Of a stretch of 64,000 nucleotides of DNA, positions 24,068-32,158 are shown piece by piece. The stretch's first letter is position 1. Every line of letters starts with the position of its first letter. The position numbers and the translations under genes were made by a program. The DNA comes from Bacteroidota bacterium (GTDB lineage: Bacteria > Bacteroidota > JABWAT01), in NCBI GenBank assembly GCA_023151185.1, contig JAKLJL010000001.1:359306-423305 (forward strand), read 5' to 3'. A model generated the notes under the pieces. The model made no database searches. It saw only the letters and a program-made list of their open reading frames with translations, and was not told the DNA's origin.

Positions 24068-24273
24068 AAAATTCCCCTTTTTTTGTAAAGTTAGTAATCC
24101 GGCTGTGGGGTTAGGGGTGGGGTAAACACCCAATCCCAACCGGACGTCCACTTTATTTAAATCCCGGCCGTTTTAAGTCAGGATTTTGCCGGGTAAAAAG
24201 TATAAGTCCCCAGGAAAGACCCGGACCAGATGCTCCAGCCTCCTGGACAGGAACAGAAGGCGGTTTTTAGGTT

Positions 24274-24798
24274 TTACTTCTCTTTCAGCAACGGGAAATA
24301 CCGGTCTTCGATGACCTTAAAATGCCACCGCTGATGCCCGGCAAGAATGAAACCGATGGCATGAACCGAGTAGTCCCCCTTAAACCCCTTTCCGGTTTTT
24401 GCCAGCATATCGTCGGTAAAGCTCCGGAAAAGTGCCAGTGATGCCCTCCTGACCAGAACTGCCTCTTCCAGGATATCCGCAAGTGACCGCCTGTCCGCCC
24501 GGGCGGAACCAGCGTACAGGTCTTCATCAAAAGGCTTCACCTCCCGCTCACCCCGGGCAAAAGACAAGGCCCGGTAGCAGAAAACCCGTTCAGTATCGAC
24601 AATATGCTGAAGGAGATCTTTTACGGTCCACTTTCCGGGCGCATAAACACGGTCCCCCAAAGCCGTCCAGTTGTCAACGGGAGCGGTTTCCAGTTCCTTC
24701 AGGCTGATTTTCAGGGAAGTTAAAACCGGGACATCATCTGCCAGGTTGATATACCGGTCGAAATAGTCGGGTAACGGATAAAGCTGGGATCGGGTCAT
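24274..24798 (-). CDS. DinB family protein
   Basis: YAPGKWTVKDLLQHIVDTERVF...AGHQRWH. Confidence 0.88.
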   Translation of the reverse strand: MTRSQLYPLPDYFDRYINLADDVPVLTSLKISLKELETAPVDNWTALGDRVYAPGKWTVKDLLQHIVDTERVFCYRALSFARGEREVKPFDEDLYAGSARADRRSLADILEEAVLVRRASLALFRSFTDDMLAKTGKGFKGDYSVHAIGFILAGHQRWHFKVIEDRYFPLLKEK

Positions 24799-24870
24799 TT
24801 GAAGGTCCTGTTTGGTGATTCGGGTTTTTAAGAAAACAGTTCGAGGAGCAAATTCCGGTTTGTGACAGGT

Positions 24871-25293
24871 TCAGGTTTTAAAAAAGAATCCGGAGGCCGT
24901 TTGTTTCGATTCCGAAGTAAGCGGAAGACTTTTTCCGGTTTGGCTGTTAACCTGAACGATGACCGTTTCAGCAGAGGCAACACAGATTCCGTTCTGAAAC
25001 AGTTGCTGATAAAGCCGGAGTGAACTGTTCCCAACGGACCGGATTCCAGTTCCGGTTTGAACCGTTCCCGGCCACCTGAGTTCTGCCAGAAAGGAAACAT
25101 GCAGAGAGGCAATGACGAAACTTCCGTTTTCGGAAAGCAGCGGATATTCAGGGTTGTAGAGGAATTCAACCCGCCCGGTTTCGAAAAAGGTTGAGAAAAC
25201 CGCATTGTTCACATGTCCCTGCCGCTCTGTATCGGCATACCGGATTTTGTCCTCGGTTTTCAGAGGAAAATCGGCAAGTGAAAGTAAAGACAT
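24871..25293 (-). CDS. Acyl-CoA thioesterase (4HBT/YbgC family)
   Basis: RYADTERQGHVNNAVF...VGNSS. Confidence 0.88.
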   Translation of the reverse strand: MSLLSLADFPLKTEDKIRYADTERQGHVNNAVFSTFFETGRVEFLYNPEYPLLSENGSFVIASLHVSFLAELRWPGTVQTGTGIRSVGNSSLRLYQQLFQNGICVASAETVIVQVNSQTGKSLPLTSESKQTASGFFFKT

Positions 25294-25416
25294 GGTTCCG
25301 CCCTGCGTTAATTCTGAAAAAAGATAAGCAAAATTCAGGAGTTTAGACAGGGGAAGACGGGTGGGGGAAATTCCCGTTGACCTGTTAACTCAGGGTACCG
25401 GTTAAAAAAGCTACAA

Positions 25417-25851
25417 TCAGTTGCCGGAAACCTTTAGTTTTGATGCTACTTTGATCTGCTGTTCAACATGGGAAGGCATTTCGGCAGCTATTTTTTTAAC
25501 TACTAACTGCACCCATAAAAAACTGAGTAAGCCTTTCAGGGTGATGGTATTGGTGATTTTGATTCCGTCAGCGGTTTCCTCGATCCGGTGGTCATAATAC
25601 ATTTTTGCCAACGGAAAATTTCCCGTCTCCAGACAATGCTCAAACTCGGTCACTTCCTGCAAAGTAACCGTTACAGTTCGTCCGTTTTTGGGTTTTATTT
25701 GATAGGAATTTCCCGCTTCAAATTTGCCTTCCAGCTTTGCGAATTCAATTTGATTATTCCAGACATGCCACTTGTTTACATCAGTAAAAAGGGCCCAGAT
25801 TTGTTCTTTGGTAACTTCTTTTGTCGTTACCGAGTAGGATTTAGTCCACAT
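25417..25851 (-). CDS. SRPBCC/polyketide cyclase family protein (distal cassette cargo)
   Basis: EQIWALFTDVNKWHVWN pattern. Confidence 0.8.
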   Translation of the reverse strand: MWTKSYSVTTKEVTKEQIWALFTDVNKWHVWNNQIEFAKLEGKFEAGNSYQIKPKNGRTVTVTLQEVTEFEHCLETGNFPLAKMYYDHRIEETADGIKITNTITLKGLLSFLWVQLVVKKIAAEMPSHVEQQIKVASKLKVSGN

Positions 25852-26215
25852 GAGGTGTGTTTAATTTGTGATAATAGTGGTAGGACAGGGCTAAAATTGC
25901 AAATACAGCCAATGGAAAAAACGTCTGCCCGGTCAGGCCATCCACAGCGGCGTGACTGATTGCAGCAAACAGGAAACTAAAGGTAAAACCGGCATAAGCC
26001 CATTCCTTCACCCGTCCGGGAATTTTCGGAATAACCAGTGCCAGGACTCCTGAAACCTTGAAAACGACCAGAACCGTGCCAAAATAGTCAGGATAGCCCA
26101 GGTGCCTGATTCCTTCTTTGGCCAATTCAGTATGAGAGGTTAATGCCGGCATGACACCTTCAAACAAGGCGATGAAGGATGTCGTAAGCCAATAAATCAG
26201 TTTGTCTTTTTTCAT
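25841..26215 (-). CDS. DoxX-like membrane protein (distal cassette cargo)
   Basis: HLGYPDYF...KEWAYAGF motif. Confidence 0.88.
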   Translation of the reverse strand: MKKDKLIYWLTTSFIALFEGVMPALTSHTELAKEGIRHLGYPDYFGTVLVVFKVSGVLALVIPKIPGRVKEWAYAGFTFSFLFAAISHAAVDGLTGQTFFPLAVFAILALSYHYYHKLNTPHVD

Positions 26216-26271
26216 GAATTTTAGTCCGTTTTTCTGTTTCTGTTGATAGTCCTGTTGTTTGAAAGCGTGAC

Positions 26272-26404
26272 AGCTAATGGGTTACGTATTGGCGATGGTG
26301 GGGCATTTGAAAAACGTCTGACCCCCTCACTACAAAAGTCCAATAGAATTACAAATGTTGAGTTTACAACTGTCAGCCCCACTATTGCCAATACGATGTT
26401 AGCG
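26272..26404 (-). repeat. attC-like site 3, about 133 bp, with core mutated GTT>ATT
   Basis: On the minus strand CGCTAAC...ATTAGCT; arms CGTATTGGCGATGGTGGGG / CCCCACTATTGCCAATACG; near-copy of 28109-28242. Confidence 0.8.
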
Positions 26405-26468
26405 GCTCGTTGTTCTTCTCTTCATTTATTTTAGAGACCTATGCAGTATAGTTGTTTGTCTTATTATT

Positions 26469-26906
26469 TCAATTTGTCCTTGCCCATAGTACATTAATTA
26501 TTTTCCATTCATTTTCAATCTTTGATAAATGTAAATAGTCGATAAAATTCATTTTATTCTGTGTAACTTTTACAGTTGCGATATCATTTGAAATATCAAA
26601 TATAGTTATTGTGGCTTTGAATGGTTCATTTGATTGATCAGGTTTCCTTTTAAACATTTTTGTGTTATACAGCAATTCGCTAGCCCCCATATTTTTTATC
26701 ATAGAAAAGCCTAACGAGTCTTTTACAACGATTCTTTTTGCCAGCTCTGGATGTACAGCTTTTACTACTCTCTGGAAATTATTTGTATAAAAGCCCTCAA
26801 TGTAATTAAGTGAAGTCTCTTTAATCAAAAGAGAATCTTTAGCTGTTTGTCCAGCAGCAATATTACTTAAGAACAAAACACAAAGTGCATAAAGTATTTT
26901 TTTCAT
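26469..26906 (-). CDS. Exported NTF2-like (putative lumazine-binding) protein
   Basis: Signal peptide; NYIEGFY...HPELAKR...DYLHLSKIENEWKIINVLW. Confidence 0.8.
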   Translation of the reverse strand: MKKILYALCVLFLSNIAAGQTAKDSLLIKETSLNYIEGFYTNNFQRVVKAVHPELAKRIVVKDSLGFSMIKNMGASELLYNTKMFKRKPDQSNEPFKATITIFDISNDIATVKVTQNKMNFIDYLHLSKIENEWKIINVLWARTN

Positions 26907-26911
26907 ATTTA

Positions 26912-28084
26912 TTATTTTAAATAAAACGGGGTATAGTTTTCCCATTGCCATGGGGTGAATTTATCGCCAATGGCAATCTCTAAAAGCTCTTTAAATATAC
27001 TATCTCCATTATCGCTATTTGTCATTATAATAATTGCTATTTTTTTATCAGTAAAACAAATTGAGTAATGTTGCCATCCTTCATCGTTACCTTCTTTGAA
27101 AAAAGCTTTACCATATGGCGAACTCAATACTCCTATTCCGAAACCGTAACCAAGCTGAATTGGATCATTATCTGTACCATCAACCATTGAAAGCGGACCA
27201 AATTGTCGTATAGATTTAATTCTTACCTGCAAATTGGTCATTTCTTTAAACAAACTTTTCTTTAAACCTTTTCCTTTTATTAAAGCGGCATAAAATTTTG
27301 TAAAATCTGTTAGTGTGGTACTCATTGAACCCGCAGCATTTGGCTTGGTTCTTTTGTTTGGTTTGTATGGATCCCCTTTTGAATTATGACCAAAAGACAA
27401 TAGTGAATCAAACTGTTCTTTCCAAATCTGACTGCTCTGATTCATTTGAAGTGGCTTAAATACTCTTTCCTGTGAAATTGTTTCATAATCCTTGCCCAAT
27501 AGTTGCTCTATTACAAATTGCAACAGAAACAAGCCTTCGCCTGAATATCTGTATCGTGTTCCAGGCTCAAACAAAAATTTTAATTTATCATCTTCTTCAA
27601 ACCAGCGCCAATTAGGAAATCCAGTAGTATGAGTTAGACACATTCTTGCAGTAATTATTTCGTATCGATTATCATTTTCTAAATCCTGATAGCCTCTGTT
27701 CTTTTCTGTAAATTGATATTCAGTTAATGGCTTTTTGAGATAACTAACTAATGGCTTGTCCAAATCTATTACTTTTTCAGCTACCAATTGTAGAACAATA
27801 TACGTGAACACCATTTTGGAAAAAGAAGCTGCAACGAGGACTGAATTATCATTAAGTGGTTTTTTAGTTAAGGTATTTGAATAACCAAATGATTTGCTGT
27901 AAACAGGGTTATTATTATTAAAAATGGAAATTGCTATACCTGAAACATTAGCCTGCTTCATCAAGTAGTTTATTTTGTTATCTAAACTGTCAACAGAAAT
28001 TTTTGAACCATCTATTCTGTCAACTGATTGTCCAAAAGCTGTGAAAGAATAAATAACAATAAAAATAATGCAAATATTTTTCAT
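26912..28084 (-). CDS. Serine hydrolase of the beta-lactamase/AmpC-like family
   Basis: AASFSK (SxxK), LTHTTGFPNWR, YRYSGEG; signal peptide. Confidence 0.88.
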   Translation of the reverse strand: MKNICIIFIVIYSFTAFGQSVDRIDGSKISVDSLDNKINYLMKQANVSGIAISIFNNNNPVYSKSFGYSNTLTKKPLNDNSVLVAASFSKMVFTYIVLQLVAEKVIDLDKPLVSYLKKPLTEYQFTEKNRGYQDLENDNRYEIITARMCLTHTTGFPNWRWFEEDDKLKFLFEPGTRYRYSGEGLFLLQFVIEQLLGKDYETISQERVFKPLQMNQSSQIWKEQFDSLLSFGHNSKGDPYKPNKRTKPNAAGSMSTTLTDFTKFYAALIKGKGLKKSLFKEMTNLQVRIKSIRQFGPLSMVDGTDNDPIQLGYGFGIGVLSSPYGKAFFKEGNDEGWQHYSICFTDKKIAIIIMTNSDNGDSIFKELLEIAIGDKFTPWQWENYTPFYLK

Positions 28085-28108
28085 TTGTCTGTGGCGATTT
28101 ACAATGAC

Positions 28109-28242
28109 CGCTAACGGTTTACGTATTGGCGATGGTGGGGCATTTGAAAAACGTCAACTCAACATTTGCACAAATGCACAATAGAATTACAAATGTTGAG
28201 TTTACCACTGTCAGCCCCACTATTGCCAATACGATGTTAGCG
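28109..28242 (-). repeat. attC-like site 2, about 134 bp
   Basis: CGCTAAC...GTTAGCG termini with internal palindromic arms. The TAA stop of the upstream gene lies inside the inverse core. Confidence 0.85.
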
Positions 28243-29160
28243 GCTGGCACTCTTCGCTTTCTTTTGTGGTTTGTCAACAAGCCATTCTAAATGTCTGTGC
28301 ATTGCATTGAAAACTCTTTCAGGAACTGCAATTTGTTCATAATACTTCTTAATTTCTTCTGCATTCTCGTCTGGTTGTGTCATTAATTCTGCAAGTTCAT
28401 CAAAGAATTTCAAAGTCTTTTTGTTTGTCATAGAGTTGTTTGGTCTTGGCATTCCACTCCAAGCATCCCACTGTAAAAGTTCCTGCTTTTGCATAGAAGC
28501 AACGTCTTTTACAAGATTACCTGCGATAAACCAAAGCCCACGCATTTCAGGCTGAAATATTCCAAATTTTTGTGCGTCAAGTTTACCTTGCCTGCATAAA
28601 AGCCAACTTTCAGCAGGTCTAAAAAACTTGTCGTTTGGAACGTCAAATACATTATGTTTAATTCCTAAATTTTTAATCCAAACGTTGTCAAACTGTGGGT
28701 CAACTATAATCCAACGCTTTTCTTTTTCGTTCCAATATTCACAAACGGAATGGTCTTCATAAAACCCTGCATTAAAATAGTTGCCAAATCCATAGCGCAT
28801 TCTTGCAGGTATTTCCTTAGCCCGTAAAAAACCTGTCAAGAGTTTAGAAAAGTGATGGCAAACTCCAACTATTTTTTTGTCGGAAGGTCTTGGTTTTTCA
28901 AACACAGAATTGTCAAATTCTAAAATTTTGTCAAGTAACTTATCAAAGTGTCTTATGTGAGCTTCATTTTCAATTCGCACTTCGTCAAGTTCGATGTTAT
29001 AAAACTCTGTTGCAATAAACATATGAATTGAAAGTCCTTGAACAATTTCTGCTAATTTTATAATATCGTTTGGAAGTTGTTGGACTGCCTTTTTGTGCTG
29101 CCCACTTTCAGTAAATTGTCCTGCCGTAGCAAAAAATGTATGTAAAGGTTTTTCTGTCAT
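28237..29160 (-). CDS. Transglutaminase-like domain protein (cassette)
   Basis: Cys-His-Asp triad: GVCHHF, DHSVCEYW, VDPQ. Confidence 0.85.
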   Translation of the reverse strand: MTEKPLHTFFATAGQFTESGQHKKAVQQLPNDIIKLAEIVQGLSIHMFIATEFYNIELDEVRIENEAHIRHFDKLLDKILEFDNSVFEKPRPSDKKIVGVCHHFSKLLTGFLRAKEIPARMRYGFGNYFNAGFYEDHSVCEYWNEKEKRWIIVDPQFDNVWIKNLGIKHNVFDVPNDKFFRPAESWLLCRQGKLDAQKFGIFQPEMRGLWFIAGNLVKDVASMQKQELLQWDAWSGMPRPNNSMTNKKTLKFFDELAELMTQPDENAEEIKKYYEQIAVPERVFNAMHRHLEWLVDKPQKKAKSASR

Positions 29161-29203
29161 ATTTAATAACTCTCAGTTGTTGTATGCTGTCTCTTATGCT
29201 TGC

Positions 29204-29296
29204 CGCTAACGGGCCGGCGATAAAACAAGTTGCCGAAGGCAATTTGCCCGAAGGGCGTAGTGACCGAAGGGAACGAAGTTTTATTGCCTGTTGGGC
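29204..29296 (-). repeat. attC-like site 1, about 93 bp, different sequence family
   Basis: On the minus strand GCCCAAC...GTTAGCG; arms GGCGATAAAAC / GTTTTATTGCC; internal hairpins TTGCCGAAGGCAA and GCCCGAAGGGC. Confidence 0.82.
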
Positions 29297-29531
29297 GCTG
29301 TTAAATGGCGCGTAACCACAGCGTTTCTTTTCCCGGCCGATTCTCTTCTCTATTTGCATTGAGCGGCACTCATTAAGGGGAGTTGGTTGATTCTCTTTAT
29401 TTTCAATTACCCCAATCTATTCCATCAAAACCAAGAGACCTTATTTTTCGCCTTTAAGAACTTAGTATTCCCAAGTTATAGATCAGCATAATAAAACCGT
29501 AATCCATCTTGAAATGGTTGTCAATTACAAA

Positions 29532-30350
29532 TTAGCAATTTAACATCCCAAGCACTTTTAATGCGTCACTTAAAGCTCTTACATCATGCGTACGGATGTA
29601 ATCCACACCCATATAGCTTATATAAATTTCAGCAGCCAGGGTCGCTGGCGTTCGCTCGTTGACTCCTCGCCCAACAATAGTTCCTAAAAAAGATTTCCGA
29701 GAAACCGAAACAAGAATTGGTAATTTAAAGTATTCTTTTACTCGAAAAATATTTTTCAAAACATATATTGACGTTTCTGGGTTAGAGCCTAAGAAGAAAC
29801 CCATCCCTGGGTCTAAAATAATTCTTTCGGATGAAACGCCTGAATTTTGAAGTGAATTTATTCGTTGCGAAAAGAAATCAATTATTCCATTAAATATATT
29901 TTCGGGAACAGTTTCGATTACTTGGGCTTTCCCAAGCCGCTGTATGGAATGCATAACAATGAGTTTGCAATTAGATTCTGCCAATTCAGGATATAATTCT
30001 GCGTATGGAAACCCTTGAATGTCATTTAAATAGTGGACATTCTTTTTTAAAAAATATTTTTGAACTTCGGGTTTGAATGAATCAACAGAAACTGAAATAT
30101 TTTGAGAATGCAATTTGTCGATGACATCATTTAAACGGATTATTTCCTCATGAGGCTTTACTTCTTTTGATTCAGGATTACTGGAAGCGGCTCCTACATC
30201 AATTATGTCAGCGCCATCCTTAACAAGTAGAAGTGATTTCTCTATAGCTTTATCATAATTTAAATAAAGGCCGCCATCTGAAAAGCTGTCTTCAGTAATG
30301 TTTACTACACCTAGTATTGTAGGCTTTTTTAATTTCATATGTTTTTTCAC
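29532..30350 (-). CDS. Sul-type (Sul3-like) dihydropteroate synthase, putatively sulfonamide-insensitive
   Basis: NITEDSFSDGG, NDIQGFPY, MHSIQRLG, DPGMGFFLGSNPETS, SRKSFLG and RTHDV motifs; alternative ATG start at 30338. Confidence 0.9.
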   Translation of the reverse strand: MKKHMKLKKPTILGVVNITEDSFSDGGLYLNYDKAIEKSLLLVKDGADIIDVGAASSNPESKEVKPHEEIIRLNDVIDKLHSQNISVSVDSFKPEVQKYFLKKNVHYLNDIQGFPYAELYPELAESNCKLIVMHSIQRLGKAQVIETVPENIFNGIIDFFSQRINSLQNSGVSSERIILDPGMGFFLGSNPETSIYVLKNIFRVKEYFKLPILVSVSRKSFLGTIVGRGVNERTPATLAAEIYISYMGVDYIRTHDVRALSDALKVLGMLNC

Positions 30351-30502
30351 TTTAATTGCCTTTTCTATTCTGCTCTGTCTGTGGTTTTATTTCATATCTT
30401 TTTAATTTAATTCGCGGATTATTGTTTCCCTAAACTGTGCCGCTCGTCTTTTGTTTTTATATTTCTCGGCCGGGCTATTTATTTAACGCGCCATTTAATT
30501 GC

Positions 30503-30540
30503 GCCCAACTCGTTTATATAAGCCCCTTTTATATCCATAT
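30503..30540 (-). other. Putative attI-like recombination site at the head of the cassette array
   Basis: Minus strand reads GGGGCTTATATAAACGAG/TTGGGC. The core GTTGGGC is complementary to the first cassette's inverse core, with no attC-type palindrome upstream of it. Confidence 0.55.
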
Positions 30541-30741
30541 CCTGCTATATTAGGAGGATATGAGAGATTTTGTGCTCCTTATTTTGTACTAATATCTGGC
30601 CTTTTACCATTAAGCGCAATACAGGAAACCCCTTAATTTTCGGGGAAAAAGGACCTTAGTTTTAGGTTGTTTTATACCTTAGAAGACCTAAGGTGCCAGC
30701 CCGGCAGGCACACTCGGCGTCGGTTCACTGAACAATCCCTA

Positions 30742-31032
30742 TTCAACAGTCATCGTCGTATCAAATTGATAAGCTGGCCTCTGTTTATCAGTCATCGTCG
30801 TATCAAATTGATAAGCTGGCCTGAGTTCAACAGTCATCATCGTATCAAAATGATAAGCTAGCCTCTGCTTATCAGTCATTGTCCTATCAAAATGATAAGC
30901 TGGCCTCTGTTTGTCAGTCATCATCGAATCAAATTGATAAACTGGCCTCTGTTGAACAGTCATTGTCGTATCAAATTGATAAACTGGCCTGAGTTAAACA
31001 GCGATCACCGTATCAAATTGATAAGCCAGCCT
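30742..31032. repeat. Tandem repeat, 7 x 42 bp, consensus CAGTCATCGTCGTATCAAATTGATAAGCTGGCCTCTGTTnAn
   Basis: The TATCAAA(T/A)TGATA core starts at 30759, 30801, 30843, 30885, 30927, 30969 and 31011, an exact 42-bp period. Confidence 0.93.
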
Positions 31033-31118
31033 TTGGTGGTTTACTGTCACCGGTCAGGTGGGGCTGCAGCCCCAACCGGAATCTGACGGGTTAGACCGGT
31101 ACCTGGTGTGAGGCGGGT

Positions 31119-31280
31119 TTAAAAACCGGCGATGATAATTTGTTTCATAACCATCAGTTTCTTGTATGCACCGGGTTTTTGGTTGAGTTCCTCCCAGTTT
31201 TCAGGGCAGACTTGCTAGCTTAATCCGTACTTGTCTATTAACCAGCCACTGACACTTTCCTGAACGCCGTTTGCAGTGAT
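31119..31280 (-). pseudogene. Decayed duplicate of the 3' end of the neighbouring VOC gene
   Basis: Translates as TANGVQESVSGWLIDKYGLS*QVCPENWEELNQKPGAYKKLM versus TANGGQESVCGWLKDQFGLSWQICPENWEELNQRPGAFRKLM; in-frame stop plus a frameshift. Confidence 0.85.
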
Positions 31281-31445
31281 AGTATTTAAATTTTAATATG
31301 ATACGAAGTGATTCGTTTTTATTCGATAAATATCCGAAAGATTTGATACGATATGAGCTTATATGATACGATAGCAGTTCGGTAAAATGCCCTGTAACTC
31401 TCTTACTTAAGCCACTATTACACCCCTATCCTGGAAGATAGGGGC

Positions 31446-31907
31446 TTAAAAATCGGCGATCCTGATTTTCTTCATTCCCATCAGTTTCCGGAAGGCACCG
31501 GGTCTTTGGTTGAGTTCTTCCCAGTTTTCAGGGCAGATCTGCCAGCTTAATCCGAATTGATCTTTTAACCAGCCGCAGACACTTTCCTGACCGCCATTGG
31601 CGGTGAGGGCCGTCCAGTAACAATCAATTTCTGCCTGGTCTTTACAGGGTATCATGAACGAAACGGCTTCTGTAAATTTGAACTGGGGTCCGGCATTGAT
31701 GCCGATAAACCGCATCCCCAGAATCTCAAATTCAACGGTGAGTACTTTTCCTGCAAAGTCTTTCTGAAAAGGGGCAAGTCCGTCTGCTTCAGTTGCCGGG
31801 TAGTAGGTGATGCCGGTTACTTTTCCGTCTTTGAAAACCGAGAGATAAAAGTCGGCGGCTTCTTTGGCGTTGCCGTCGAACCACAGGTTGGGAATGATCT
31901 TGTGCAT
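31446..31907 (-). CDS. VOC family protein (PhnB/3-demethylubiquinone-9 methyltransferase-like)
   Basis: IIPNLWFD, NAGPQFKFTEAVSF and CGWLKDQFGLSWQI motifs. Confidence 0.9.
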   Translation of the reverse strand: MHKIIPNLWFDGNAKEAADFYLSVFKDGKVTGITYYPATEADGLAPFQKDFAGKVLTVEFEILGMRFIGINAGPQFKFTEAVSFMIPCKDQAEIDCYWTALTANGGQESVCGWLKDQFGLSWQICPENWEELNQRPGAFRKLMGMKKIRIADF

Positions 31908-32158
31908 GGTGTTCCTTATTGGTTTCCGGGAGAGAGGCCATCCGGGTTATCCGCTGAAGGTAAGGGGTTTACCTTCCTGAAGCAATCCGGTCTGTTTTCT
32001 GGAGACCGGTCATCCGGCAGGTGAACCGGCTTTTCAGGTACAGGGTCCGGTCTGGCGAAGTGCTGCTTTTCCGGTGATTCCGGTGGTTTGGGGTCACAGG
32101 CGGCAGATGGGCCGGGAGCGGGATTCCGGACCGGATCCGGGATCCGGGGATTTCGGTT

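Larger units (their letters stand above)
25417..30540 (-). mobile_element. Integron-like gene cassette array lacking an adjacent integrase (CALIN-type)
   Basis: Co-oriented genes separated by three attC-like palindromes; abrupt AT-rich composition; no tyrosine recombinase ORF in the window. Confidence 0.8.

Noticed and set aside
26243-26434. 63-aa ORF, and similarly 29108-29359
   Set aside because: These are translations through attC-like palindromes.
30742-31032. CRISPR array
   Set aside because: Units are contiguous near-identical 42-mers with no unique spacers, and there are no cas genes.
31119-31620. Diversity-generating retroelement TR/VR pair
   Set aside because: Mismatches are not confined to adenines, the copy has an indel and a stop, and there is no reverse transcriptase in the window.
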